Positions 9,489-19,420 of a DNA stretch of 64,000 nt are shown here, piece after piece. The notes beneath the pieces were generated by a model, which saw nothing but the letters and a program-made list of their open reading frames with translations, was not told where the DNA came from and made no database searches. The DNA comes from an uncultured Trueperaceae bacterium (GTDB lineage: Bacteria > Deinococcota > Deinococci > Deinococcales > Trueperaceae): the NCBI GenBank assembly GCA_963799485.1, contig CAWCXJ010000001.1, positions 128,001-192,000 on the forward strand. The letters are read 5' to 3'. Both the position numbers and the translations under genes were made by a program. Positions within the stretch are counted from its first letter, which is position 1; the number at the start of each line of letters is the position of its first letter.

Positions 9489-10346
9489 TCAATTCTCCTC
9501 GTAGCGGTAGAAGCCTTCGCCGCTTTTACGCCCCAGCTTACCCGCCCGGACGAGCTGCCGTAAAAGGGTCGGCACGCGAAACTTGGGGTCTTGAAACTCA
9601 CCGTAAAGCGATTCTGCTGCGGCTAACGCAATATCTAAGCCCACCAGGTCGATCAAGGCGAGCGGGCCGATAGGCATATTGGCGCCGAGTTTCATGGCCG
9701 TGTCGATGGCTTCGGGGGTGCCGACCCCTTCTTGCAGGGCAAATACGGCGTCGTTTAAGTACGGAATCAAGAGCCGGTTGACGATAAAACCCGGTTTATC
9801 GTCGCAGACAACGGCGGTTTTACCGATTTGCTCGACCAAGCCCCGGGCGCGTTCAATCGTCGTTTCCGACGTTTGCTGCGCCCGCACCACCTCGACGAGC
9901 GGCAGAATCGGCGCGGGGTTAAAAAAGTGCAACCCGCAAAAGCGTTCCGGGTGCGGGATTCCGGCAGCAATTTCGGTGATGGAGAGGCTCGAGGTGTTCG
10001 TCGCCAGTAGCGCGTCAGCGGACACGACTCCGGCGAGTGTTCCCCAGACCGAGCGTTTGACCTCCAAAGTCTCAAAAACTGCTTCGACCACGGCTTCGGC
10101 TCCGCTCAGCGCACCGGGGTCGGCGGTCGTCGTGACACGCTCCAGCGCCGCCTGCTTTGCGTCTTCGGTGAGATTGCCCTTTTTGACGATGCGCGTGAGG
10201 CTGCGCTCGATTCCTTTAACGCCCCTGGTGAGTGCGTCTGTTTGCGTATCGAATAAGACGACGTTTATTCCGGCGACGGCGCAGACCTGCGCGATACCCG
10301 CGCCCATCGTTCCCGCACCGACGACGCCGATGTTTTTTTCGCTCAT
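9489..10346 (-). CDS. hbd: 3-hydroxybutyryl-CoA dehydrogenase
   Basis: GAGTMGAGIA, EAVFE, TNTSSL, GLHFFNP, PGFIVNR, GKLGRKSGEGFY; ATG 10346 overlaps the upstream TGA. Confidence 0.9.
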   Translation of the reverse strand: MSEKNIGVVGAGTMGAGIAQVCAVAGINVVLFDTQTDALTRGVKGIERSLTRIVKKGNLTEDAKQAALERVTTTADPGALSGAEAVVEAVFETLEVKRSVWGTLAGVVSADALLATNTSSLSITEIAAGIPHPERFCGLHFFNPAPILPLVEVVRAQQTSETTIERARGLVEQIGKTAVVCDDKPGFIVNRLLIPYLNDAVFALQEGVGTPEAIDTAMKLGANMPIGPLALIDLVGLDIALAAAESLYGEFQDPKFRVPTLLRQLVRAGKLGRKSGEGFYRYEEN

Positions 10347-11050
10347 GCTTGGGCTCCCAGCGCGAGGCACGCCGCAAGCGCACTCCCGGTCATCTCGAGG
10401 ACGCGCGCGTGCAAAAACGCCGGGTCGATAAACGAACTGTCGCCGATACGGTTCGACGCGACGAGGACGCAGCCGGTTTCGACCCCTCGGAGCTTGCCGA
10501 GTAAAAACAGCGCCGACGACTCCATCTCGATAGCGAGCACCCCGCGTTCGGCGAGTTTGGGAACGTCTTCCGGGCCGGTCGCGTAAAACGCATCTTCAGT
10601 CTGGATCAGCCCGACATGCGCGCCCGGTGCGGCGTCGGTGAGGGCGCGGGTGACGGCAAACGACGCACAGGGCGCGTAGGGGTCGCCGCGTAAATACATC
10701 CGGGTGGTACCGTCTTGCGGTACGGCGGCGCTGGCGACAACCAGGTCGCCGGGGGAGACGCGCCTTGCAGTAATCCCGGCGGTACCGACTCTGATAAGGG
10801 TCTGCGCCCCCAAACGCACGAGTTCTTCGGTGACGATAGCGAGGCTCGGACAGCCCATCCCGGTCGTTTGGACGGAGACGCGTAAGCCTTTGTAGTGACC
10901 CGTGTAACCCCACAAGCCGCGGTAATCGGTGTAGCGGCGCGGCGCATCTAAAAACGTCTCGGCGATGAGTCTGGCGCGGTGCGGGTCGCCGGGTAAGAGC
11001 ACGAACGGGGCCACGTCGCCCGGTTCGGCGTGAAGGTGAAGTTCAGCCAC
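10343..11050 (-). CDS. deoD: Purine nucleoside phosphorylase (DeoD/Udp family)
   Basis: LLPGDPHRA, TGMGCPS, RVGTAG, DAFY, IEMES. Confidence 0.85.
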   Translation of the reverse strand: MAELHLHAEPGDVAPFVLLPGDPHRARLIAETFLDAPRRYTDYRGLWGYTGHYKGLRVSVQTTGMGCPSLAIVTEELVRLGAQTLIRVGTAGITARRVSPGDLVVASAAVPQDGTTRMYLRGDPYAPCASFAVTRALTDAAPGAHVGLIQTEDAFYATGPEDVPKLAERGVLAIEMESSALFLLGKLRGVETGCVLVASNRIGDSSFIDPAFLHARVLEMTGSALAACLALGAQA

Positions 11051-11221
11051 GCCTTAAGATACCAGCTCAGCTGCTACGGGGGTCTAGGGTGAGATTTTGC
11101 AGGACAGCTCAAAAAACCGGAAAAGGCGAATTTTCTACATGGACGCACCCTTTTGCGGCGTAGGCTGAACTATGATTCGACAGACTTTCCGAACAGGATA
11201 TGGGCGCTACGGGTGTACGGC

Positions 11222-11578
11222 GTGAGCCCCGCTGCGCTACTGGCGCACCTGCTCGAGCTAGAAGGTGTCATCGATGCGGCGCTGATAAACCGGGACGGGG
11301 AGCCGCTAGCGCCTCTGTCCGAGACGCAGCCGCTCGCCTCCGTACAAGCTGCGCTCGCAACTTGTACGGCGTCTAACCGGGTACTCGCCGAGCTGTTGGG
11401 TGCTGAAGTCCCGACCCAGACGGTTTTGGAGTTCGCTTCGGAGACCGTTTTGCTTACTGTAAGCGCCGACCTCGCCGGCACACCGTGCCGCGTCGCCGCG
11501 CTCTGCAGGGTGCCGGACCTGAGCCGGGTACGCTTCGGCCTCCGGCGGCTTTTACCCCAGGCAGCCCTCGAGACCTAA
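11222..11578 (+). CDS. Roadblock/LC7 (MglB-like) domain protein
   Basis: LLELEGVIDAALINRDGEPL...LSRVRFGLRRLLP resembles roadblock domains; start GTG 11222 uncertain. Confidence 0.6.
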   Translation: MSPAALLAHLLELEGVIDAALINRDGEPLAPLSETQPLASVQAALATCTASNRVLAELLGAEVPTQTVLEFASETVLLTVSADLAGTPCRVAALCRVPDLSRVRFGLRRLLPQAALET

Positions 11579-11637
11579 GGTATCAGGTGTGTACCGGGGT
11601 CCGGCTTGCGGTAGGCTTATTAGGTCTGGAGGTTTTT

Positions 11638-11910
11638 ATGAGTATGAAAGAGCTAAAGCTCGAGGTCGATAAAGAAACAGCCCGTGGTCGCTACGCCAAC
11701 GTCGCCGTGATCGCCCACACCAAAGACGAGTTCATCCTGGATTTTGCGCTCGCCTACCCGGGTCAGTCGCCCTCGGTCGGGTCGCGCGTGATTACCAGTC
11801 CACACCACGCCAAGGCGCTCTTACGCAGCTTGGAGGACAACGTGCGTAAATACGAAGACCGCTTTGGCACCATCGGTGAACCGCCGCGCCCCGCCTCCGG
11901 GGACAACTAG
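11638..11910 (+). CDS. DUF3467 domain protein
   Basis: GRYANVAVIAHTKDEFILDF...SRVITSPHHAKALLRSLEDNVRKYEDRFG; SD GGAGG at 11628. Confidence 0.88.
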   Translation: MSMKELKLEVDKETARGRYANVAVIAHTKDEFILDFALAYPGQSPSVGSRVITSPHHAKALLRSLEDNVRKYEDRFGTIGEPPRPASGDN

Positions 11911-12047
11911 GCAAATCGCCGGGTGAGGCGTTTTTCGCCGCTCACGGCTGCCCTGCGCTCACTTTTTGTACACGCTACGCCTTTGTAACTTTGGGCGCTG
12001 TTTTTCGGCTTACCTGAATTTGGGCGCGTGGGGGCTTTAATAGCTTC

Positions 12048-12665
12048 ATGCCTGAAGTGGTTACGGTTTACTACGATTATGTCTGCCCGTTTGCCTGGCG
12101 CGGCGCGGAACTCGCCGAGCAGATTGCGCCCGCACTCGGCCTCACCTTCGAGTGGCGACACTTTTCGCTCTACCAAAGTAACTACGCGGGCGGCAACGGC
12201 TGGCAGCTCTGGAACCAGAAACTCTCATTCGACGACGACGGCGGTGACAAGGGACTCTTGCCCTTTATGGCGTCGTGCGCGGCGCGGCGTCAGGGCAAAG
12301 AGAAGCACGCGGTGTTTCGCCTCGAGCTGATGCGCGCCCGTCACCGCGACCACAAACCTTTCTCGTTACAAACGCTCCGCGAGGTTGCCGAAGTCGCGGC
12401 TTTGGACCTGCCCCGCTTCGAGTCCGACCTCGCCAACCCCGAATGCCGCACGGTCTTGGCGCACGAACACCACCACGCCGTATCACAAGACATCTTCGGG
12501 ACGCCGACCTTTAGCTTTGAAAGCGGTCACACCGCCTACGTCCGTCTTAAAGCGCTCCCCTGCAGCGCTGCTGAAGCCGCCTCGCTCTTTACGAGTTACC
12601 GGAACCTACTCGAGCGCTACCCGTACCTAGAGACCCTCAAACGGCCCCGCCCCAAAGGAAACTGA
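12048..12665 (+). CDS. DsbA/FrnE-like thioredoxin-fold protein
   Basis: YDYVCPFAW and IFGTPTF cis-Pro motif; single-Cys active site. Confidence 0.8.
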   Translation: MPEVVTVYYDYVCPFAWRGAELAEQIAPALGLTFEWRHFSLYQSNYAGGNGWQLWNQKLSFDDDGGDKGLLPFMASCAARRQGKEKHAVFRLELMRARHRDHKPFSLQTLREVAEVAALDLPRFESDLANPECRTVLAHEHHHAVSQDIFGTPTFSFESGHTAYVRLKALPCSAAEAASLFTSYRNLLERYPYLETLKRPRPKGN

Positions 12666-12925
12666 CGTTGCCGAGCGCTTTCCCGGCAGCCTTGCCGGGT
12701 TGACGGACGTTTAAGAAATGCTGTTGCCCGTACGTCAAAACGCCCGTATATCAAAACCCGGTGCTTACGCTCTGCTTCTTACGGTTTACCTCTGGCACGG
12801 CAAAATCCATTGTGGCTGGGCTGTGCTGGTCACACCCGGGCGCCGCGTGCGTTTTTTGTAAGAGACGCCGCGCTAAACTGTAAACTGTGACTGAACTGCG
12901 TTTCTCGGCGTAACGGGTCGTAGTT

Positions 12926-15130
12926 ATGGAGGCGCGGGTGCTTTGGTCGGGTGTTGCAATATGGCTTTTCGGGATGACGCTCTTGCTACGTTCGCCCCGG
13001 TTGTTGGGTGCCGGAGTGTTTACTTCCCTGTTGGCGCTGAGTGGGCTTTTCGCCTTCTCCGGAGGGCTCGAGCGCGCGACCACGCCGCTGCTCTTGCAGG
13101 CACTCGCGCTCGGCGTTTTTTTGCCGCCTAAGCGCCCCGCGCGTGCACCCCGCGTTGCGCGGCGTAAAAGCAGTGCGCCCAAATGGAGCCTTGAAAGGCT
13201 GAGGCGGACGCTTCTGCCCAAACTGCCTCAAACGCTGAGTCTAGCGGCGTCGACCTCGGCAACCCCTACCGCTGTCTTCTACAAACCCGAGCGCGACACC
13301 TCTTCGCCACTCGATTTATGGGACGTTCCCGGCTATGAAGTGCTGGAAAAAGTCGGCTCCGGCGGGATGGCGAACGTCTTTAGAGCGCGCCGTAAACGCG
13401 ACGGTGCGCTTGTAGCGCTTAAAATCCCCAACGAGAACTTTGTCAGCGACGACAAGTTCATCCGCCGTTTTCATCAAGAGGCCGAGGTCGCGCAGGGGCT
13501 CGTTCACGCGAATATCGTGCGGACGCTCGAGCACGGCAGCGTCGGGGCAAAGCACTTTATGGTGATGGAATTTATCGAGGGCTTTAGTCTGGAGAGCTAC
13601 ATCGACGAACCCACCTACCGCCACGACTACGCGGCGAGCTGTGAACTGATGCGGCAGGCCGCCGCCGCGCTCAGCTATATCCACGACGCCGGGGTCGTTC
13701 ACCGCGATATCAAACCTGCCAACCTGATGCTGCGCGCAGAAGGTTTGAGAGCTACCGGTACCGAGGTCAGTTTCGCGCCGGACGCCCTCAAACTGATGGA
13801 TTTCGGGGTTGCCGGCGGGCAATCGACCAAGCCTACGGTGGCGGGCGCGCGCGTCGGCACGCCTATCTATATGTCACCCGAGCAGGCGCGCGGCCTTCGC
13901 GCGGACGAGCGCAGCGACGTCTACAGCCTGGGGCTGGTGTTTTACGAACTGCTGACCGGGCAGTCGGCCTTTAAGGGGGGGTACGAGGTCATCGTGCATC
14001 AGCAAATTTTCCAGCTGCCACCCCCGCCCCGGCAGCACGACGCGCGTATTCCGCTGCAGCTCGAGCGTCTGGTGATGCAGATGGTCGCCAAAGCACCCGA
14101 AGCGCGCCCAAGCCTGGCTGAAATCGAATACCGGCTTGCCGAACGCGCCCCCCTGCCCGAACTCGCGCCCAAAAGTCGGCTCTTGTGTACGCTCGAGACG
14201 GCTCAGGGTTCGCTGCTTATCTTGGACGGTGTAGGTAACGTCAGCGCCCCCGGTGACGTCGGGGCCGCCCTCCCCGCGCCGTCCAAGGCGTGCGCCTGCG
14301 ACAGTAGCGGCAACTTGTACCTCGCAGTTACAGAAGCGCTCGAGCCCGGCAGGCGTTACCCGCTGATTCACAAGCTGGCTCCGGACGGCGCACCGCTTTT
14401 GGCTTTTGGACGTTACGGTATGAAACCCGGCGAGTTTTTGCGGCCTGTCGCCCTCGCCGCCGCGCCGGACGACAGCCTCTGGGTTTTGGACGCCGAAACA
14501 CACCGGGTAGAGCATTTTCAAGAAGACGGTCTCTATCTAGGCGGTTTTGGCGGGCCGGGCGCGGGTGAAGGACGGTTTAACGACCCGCGCGACCTCCTCG
14601 TCGATGCTCACGGCGAGGTGTACGTTCTCGACTACGGCAACCGGCAAGTGCAGCGTTTCGGTGCCGACGGCGCGTACAAAAACCGCTGGGCGTTTCGTAT
14701 GTCGGACCGAAGTGTAGACGATATGAGCGCAACGACGTCGGGTAACCATTCAGATACTAAGTTTTCAGATACCAAGGTGTCAGGTACTCAGGTGCCGGGT
14801 GCTCAGATGCCGGGTGCTCAGGCGGAGCTTCGTCTCCTCAGCGGTTTTACGCTAAGTCAGGCCGGCGACCTTTATCTGCGAGAGGCGCAGACCGGCAAGG
14901 TTCACCGGATCGCGCCGCAGGGCGGGACGCTCGAGACGCTTCTCTTGGGTCAAATGGCGACCATTCGGCCCGATAAACTCGTTGACTTGGGAGTAGACGA
15001 CGCAGGCAATCTGTTTGCCGCCGAGCGTGGCAGCAGCACGATCTTCAAATACGCGCCGAGCGGTGAACTGCTCGCAGCGCTCGAGACCTGCGCCCCCATC
15101 GCGCAGCTAAGGGTCGATGTAAGCGCCTAG
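12926..15130 (+). CDS. Membrane-anchored Hanks-type Ser/Thr kinase with C-terminal NHL-repeat beta-propeller
   Basis: N-terminal TMs; GSGGMA, VALK, HRDIKPAN, DFG, GTPIYMSPEQ, SDVYSLG; NHL-like FNDPRDLLVD..GEVYVLDYGNRQVQRF. Confidence 0.9.
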   Translation: MEARVLWSGVAIWLFGMTLLLRSPRLLGAGVFTSLLALSGLFAFSGGLERATTPLLLQALALGVFLPPKRPARAPRVARRKSSAPKWSLERLRRTLLPKLPQTLSLAASTSATPTAVFYKPERDTSSPLDLWDVPGYEVLEKVGSGGMANVFRARRKRDGALVALKIPNENFVSDDKFIRRFHQEAEVAQGLVHANIVRTLEHGSVGAKHFMVMEFIEGFSLESYIDEPTYRHDYAASCELMRQAAAALSYIHDAGVVHRDIKPANLMLRAEGLRATGTEVSFAPDALKLMDFGVAGGQSTKPTVAGARVGTPIYMSPEQARGLRADERSDVYSLGLVFYELLTGQSAFKGGYEVIVHQQIFQLPPPPRQHDARIPLQLERLVMQMVAKAPEARPSLAEIEYRLAERAPLPELAPKSRLLCTLETAQGSLLILDGVGNVSAPGDVGAALPAPSKACACDSSGNLYLAVTEALEPGRRYPLIHKLAPDGAPLLAFGRYGMKPGEFLRPVALAAAPDDSLWVLDAETHRVEHFQEDGLYLGGFGGPGAGEGRFNDPRDLLVDAHGEVYVLDYGNRQVQRFGADGAYKNRWAFRMSDRSVDDMSATTSGNHSDTKFSDTKVSGTQVPGAQMPGAQAELRLLSGFTLSQAGDLYLREAQTGKVHRIAPQGGTLETLLLGQMATIRPDKLVDLGVDDAGNLFAAERGSSTIFKYAPSGELLAALETCAPIAQLRVDVSA
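14749..14822 (+). repeat. In-frame degenerate 15-bp tandem repeat x5
   Basis: Encodes SDTKF-SDTKV-SGTQV-PGAQM-PGAQA inside the kinase propeller. Confidence 0.75.
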
Positions 15131-15255
15131 CATGCCGGTTACGGTTTGATGAAGCCGCCTCGAGCCGACGCCGAGGCGCAAACAAATGAGAGATGTTCTT
15201 TCGTCTCTCACCGCGCTTACGCCCAAACCAAGTAAGGTGCGCTTTGGAGGAAACT

Positions 15256-15759
15256 GTGGTTCTAACGACGTTGAAGATGCTTTTTTGTACGGTTCTGCTC
15301 GCACTGCCCGTGGGCTTTGCCCAATTTTATCTCGGCGGAACAGTCGGTACGCCGCTCTCTGCGCCCGTAAACCCAACCGATTATGTTGAACTCGGCGCGC
15401 AGCTGGGTTTCGACCCGTTGCCGGGGTTTGGAGTGCGCGTCGGCGCTGAAGGAAATCCCTTTAACGGCGGCCTCAAGCTCGCCGGCGGCGACGCGCTCTT
15501 CCGTTTTTTTCTGCCGCTCTCGGCAACCTCGCTCTATACCGGGCTCGGGGCCGACGCCCTTTTTGGCACTCAACCGACCTCGCTGGCGGCGTTTCGTGAG
15601 GCACAGCTTATCGCGCACGTGCTCGGGGGCCTCGAGCTTCGGTTGGGTAGTTTCGGTGTGTTTGGCGAACTGCTGCCCAGCTATAAAATCGGGAGTGACT
15701 TTACCAGCAGCGGCGCGTACTTTGTGCGGCTAAGGGGGGGCGTCAACCTTCACTTTTAG
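15256..15759 (+). CDS. Small outer-membrane beta-barrel protein (paralog of 55027-55554)
   Basis: SD GGAGG at 15246, signal peptide ending GFA-Q, amphipathic strands, C-terminal GGVNLHF. Confidence 0.72.
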   Translation: MVLTTLKMLFCTVLLALPVGFAQFYLGGTVGTPLSAPVNPTDYVELGAQLGFDPLPGFGVRVGAEGNPFNGGLKLAGGDALFRFFLPLSATSLYTGLGADALFGTQPTSLAAFREAQLIAHVLGGLELRLGSFGVFGELLPSYKIGSDFTSSGAYFVRLRGGVNLHF

Positions 15760-15794
15760 AATCAACTAAGCCGACCTGCTGTAAGGGCGGTCTC

Positions 15795-15821
15795 GGGGGT
15801 GCGGCGGCATCCTCTTTTTTT
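15795..15821 (+). terminator. Intrinsic terminator
   Basis: GGGGGTGC-GGCG-GCATCCTC followed by T7. Confidence 0.75.
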
Positions 15822-15940
15822 GGATATGAAATCCGGACATCCTGTTTCCTGCCTGAACGCCCGCACGAGTAGCGCAGCGAGCCGCGACGGTGTAGAGTAA
15901 AAGACGCTACTGAGCGACAATTCCAGTTGAGGAGGCAGAG

Positions 15941-17206
15941 ATGAAAAAGTGTGTCGTGACTTTGGGCTTTACCCTGTGTTTGACCGTTTTGGGACTGGGC
16001 TTCGCGCAGGTGCGGGTCTTTATCGGCTCGACGCTGCGCCCGGACGTGATCGGCCCGATTCTAGACCAGTTCACTGAAGAGACCGGGATTCAAACCGAAC
16101 TCGAGGAGGGCGGCGCGACCAGCGAAGTGCGTGACCAGTACCTCAGTACGATTCTTACGAGCCGCAGCGGAGACATCGACTTGTACTTGATGGACGTGGT
16201 GAACCCGCCGCAATATGCCGCTGCGGGTTGGGCCGAACCGTTAGACGGTTATTTCGAGTCCGAAGCGGCGCAGCGTGAGTTTCTCGAGCCTTTCCTAGAC
16301 AGCGTGGTCGAGGCCAACACCGTAGACGGTCAACTTTACGGCATCCCCGGTTGGACGGACGCGCAGTTCTTGTACTACCGTAAAGACTTGCTCGACAAAT
16401 ACGGCTTTGAACCGCCGACAAGCTGGGAAGAGCTCAAAACGCAGGCGCTCGCCATTATGGAGGGCGAGGGCGACCCCAGTTTGCAGGGCTTTAACTATCA
16501 GGGCGCCGCTATCGAAGGTACCAACTGCACCTTTTTAGAGGCGCTCTGGACGGCGGGCGGCGACTGGCAGGCCGAGGACGGCACCGTCACCGTCGATACC
16601 GAGGCAGGCCGGACGGCTTTGGCGTGGTACGACGAGACGCTTTCATCCGGTATTACCAAGCAGGGTATCGCCGAAGAGACGACCGACTTAAGCCGTCAGG
16701 CATTTCAGGCCGGGGACGTTGTCTTCATGCTCAACTGGGGTTACGCTTGGGCACTTTTTCAAGAGGGCCAAGAGGGTGAAGAAACCCAAGTGGCCGGGAA
16801 AGTTGGCGTCGCACCCTTGCCCGCTTTTGACGACAACGAATCGGCAACCTGCGTCGGCGGCTTTCAGTGGGCGATGAACCCCTTTAGCGACAACAAAGAA
16901 GAAGCGTTTCAGGTGATGCAGTATATGGCGTCATACGACTCACAAAAAGAGCTGGCGATTGCGGCGAGCCACATCCCGGCTAGAGACGCGCTCTACCAAG
17001 ATGAAGAGGTGTTAGCCGCCGCGCCGCAGTTCGGACAGTTTTTCGACGTGATTAAAAACGCCCGCCCGCGCCCGCTGACGCCCTTTTACGGCGAAGTCTC
17101 GGAGCTCATTCGCACGAATATGAACGCTTTTTTTGCCCGCGCCCAAGACGCCGACACGACGCTCTCACAGATGCAGTCGGGGCTGACAGATATCCTCGAG
17201 CAGTAG
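15941..17206 (+). CDS. Sugar ABC transporter (CUT1) substrate-binding protein, trehalose/maltose-like
   Basis: Signal peptide; LYYRKDLL, YQGAAIEG, NWGYAW, ARPRPLTPFY; SD GAGGAGG. Confidence 0.88.
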   Translation: MKKCVVTLGFTLCLTVLGLGFAQVRVFIGSTLRPDVIGPILDQFTEETGIQTELEEGGATSEVRDQYLSTILTSRSGDIDLYLMDVVNPPQYAAAGWAEPLDGYFESEAAQREFLEPFLDSVVEANTVDGQLYGIPGWTDAQFLYYRKDLLDKYGFEPPTSWEELKTQALAIMEGEGDPSLQGFNYQGAAIEGTNCTFLEALWTAGGDWQAEDGTVTVDTEAGRTALAWYDETLSSGITKQGIAEETTDLSRQAFQAGDVVFMLNWGYAWALFQEGQEGEETQVAGKVGVAPLPAFDDNESATCVGGFQWAMNPFSDNKEEAFQVMQYMASYDSQKELAIAASHIPARDALYQDEEVLAAAPQFGQFFDVIKNARPRPLTPFYGEVSELIRTNMNAFFARAQDADTTLSQMQSGLTDILEQ

Positions 17207-17212
17207 CCTTAG

Positions 17213-18319
17213 ATGTCTACACTTGCTAAACCGTACAAGCGCCCAGGTTTCTGGGCGCGTTTAACATCTGGAAATCCCACTGAGGCGCAGCTCGGGTATC
17301 TCTTACTCGTTCCGGCCTTTTTAGTCCTGGCACTGGTGATGTTTTATCCAATTGTGAACGTCGTCTGGAAATCTTTGCACTACGAAAAGCTCAACCTGCC
17401 CATGCGGGGAACGCCGTTTACGGGGCTCGCGAATTTCCGCGAAATGGCGTGGGGCGAAGGGCTGACCTGGACGCTCACGCATCTGCTGATGTGGCGTTCG
17501 CTGCTACTCGCTGCGCTCGTCGCCGCGTGGGTGTTCGTCTGGCGGAGGTTTTCCTGGACAGCGTTCGGCTGGAGTGCGCTGCTCGTGGCAGTGTGGGCGC
17601 TGCTCGGGATTCAGCCGGGGCCGGAAGGCAGCTGGAACGACCCCCGCTTTTACAACGCGTTCGGCGTTTCGCTGCTGATTATCTTCGTCAGCGTCGTCGG
17701 CTCGTTTCTAGTTGGCTTGCCGCTCGCGCTTATCGCCGACCTCAAAACGCGCGGACGCTGGCTCGTTCGGGTAGCGCTGCTACTACCCTGGGCAATGCCG
17801 CCGGTTCTGACCGGTTTGATGTTCTCATGGCTGTTTCAAGACCGCTACGGCGTGGTCAACGATTTGCTCGCGCGTATCGGGATCGACGGGCCCATCTGGT
17901 TGGCCCGCGTTACGCCCGCTATCGTCGCCGTAAACTACACGCTTATCTGGAAAACGTCGTCGTTCGTGGGTCTTGTTCTCCTTGCCGGACTCCAGTCGAT
18001 CGACCGAGGGCTTTACGAAGCTGCTGAGGTTGACGGAGCGAGTGGCTGGCAACGGTTCTGGCGGATTACGCTGCCGCTGTTACGGCCTGCAATCGCGGTT
18101 GCCCTCATCTTTCGCACCTTGACAGCGATTCAAGCGTTCGACGTACCATTTGCGATGACGCGGGGCGGGCCGGGACGGGCTTTGGAAACCCTCGGTATCT
18201 ACGTCTACAACACCACCCTGACGCTCGACATCGGGTACGCGGCGGCGCTCTCGGTGGCGCTCTTTTTGCTGAGTTTGGGCATCACCGTCTTTTATCTGCG
18301 CTGGATTTACACCGAATGA
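17213..18319 (+). CDS. Sugar ABC transporter permease (MalF-like)
   Basis: EAA loop YEAAEVDGASGWQRFWRITLPLLRP. Confidence 0.9.
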   Translation: MSTLAKPYKRPGFWARLTSGNPTEAQLGYLLLVPAFLVLALVMFYPIVNVVWKSLHYEKLNLPMRGTPFTGLANFREMAWGEGLTWTLTHLLMWRSLLLAALVAAWVFVWRRFSWTAFGWSALLVAVWALLGIQPGPEGSWNDPRFYNAFGVSLLIIFVSVVGSFLVGLPLALIADLKTRGRWLVRVALLLPWAMPPVLTGLMFSWLFQDRYGVVNDLLARIGIDGPIWLARVTPAIVAVNYTLIWKTSSFVGLVLLAGLQSIDRGLYEAAEVDGASGWQRFWRITLPLLRPAIAVALIFRTLTAIQAFDVPFAMTRGGPGRALETLGIYVYNTTLTLDIGYAAALSVALFLLSLGITVFYLRWIYTE

Positions 18320-19179
18320 ACCGGCTGTTCAAATATGCCGCCGTGCTGCTCGTTATCATCAACGGAATCTTTCCGGCGTTCTGGCTGCTCCTCACCTCGT
18401 TTAAGACCGACGGCGAATTGCGGCAGTTACCTATTACTTACTTGCCGCAAAACTTTACGCTGCAAAACTACGTCTCGGTCTTTTCCGAAAACCCGTTCGG
18501 GCGCTTTTTGCTCAACTCGGCGGTTGTGTCTATCGTAGCGACGCTTTTGTGCGTCCTTTTCGCCGGCTTTGCCGGCTACGCGCTCGGGCGGCTCAACCTG
18601 CCGGGACGCCGCGTGATCCTCACGCTTATCGTTATGACGAGTATGTTTCCGGCGCTCGTGCTGCTCGTCCCGCTCTACCGGCTGTTCGTCGGCGTCGAAA
18701 TCCCCTTTTTGAGCGACCTGTTCGGCTCGCCCGTCTTTACGCCGAACCTGCTCAACACTTACTGGGCGCTGATTATTCCGTATGTCGCCCTAAGTTTGCC
18801 GATTGCCACGCTGATTTTGACAAGTTTCTTTCAGCTGATTCCGGCTGATTTGGAAAGTGCCGCTTTGGTAGACGGCTGCACCCGTGTCTCGGCGCTGTTT
18901 CGCATCGTTGCGCCGGTCAGTGCGCCCGGTATCGTGACGGCGGCGATTATCGTCTTTGTCAACTCATGGAACGAGTTTCTGCTGGCCTTGACCTTTAATA
19001 CGAGTTTGCAGATGCGTACCGTCCCGGTCGGGATTACCCTCTATCAGGGTGAATATGCGTTTCCCTGGGCGATTATCAGTTCGGCAATTATGCTGGGCGT
19101 GTTACCCCTGGTCGTACTGATCATCTTTTTTCAGCGGCGGATTATCAGCGGGTTGACGGCGGGGGGCGTCAAGGGTTGA
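18316..19179 (+). CDS. Sugar ABC transporter permease (MalG-like)
   Basis: LESAALVDGC, WNEFL, FFQRRIISGLTAGGVKG. Confidence 0.9.
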   Translation: MNRLFKYAAVLLVIINGIFPAFWLLLTSFKTDGELRQLPITYLPQNFTLQNYVSVFSENPFGRFLLNSAVVSIVATLLCVLFAGFAGYALGRLNLPGRRVILTLIVMTSMFPALVLLVPLYRLFVGVEIPFLSDLFGSPVFTPNLLNTYWALIIPYVALSLPIATLILTSFFQLIPADLESAALVDGCTRVSALFRIVAPVSAPGIVTAAIIVFVNSWNEFLLALTFNTSLQMRTVPVGITLYQGEYAFPWAIISSAIMLGVLPLVVLIIFFQRRIISGLTAGGVKG

Positions 19180-19420
19180 AAAGTAACAGTAAACGGCTCA
19201 CGCAAAAAGACGACCGCCAAACTCGGAGCGTGGTGGAAACGCGCTCGGCGACCTTGTTCTCGTAATGAGACGCGGTTTACTGCATCAGCCTATACTTAAA
19301 AATTCCGACTCTACCTGTACTTGCGCAAACCAATACTTGTGCAAACCAAGGTCGACGAAAGAGAGTATAGCCCCTGCTCCCTGCCAGGCCTCCTTGAGGC
19401 TGTGTTCTCGCAGGGAGAAC

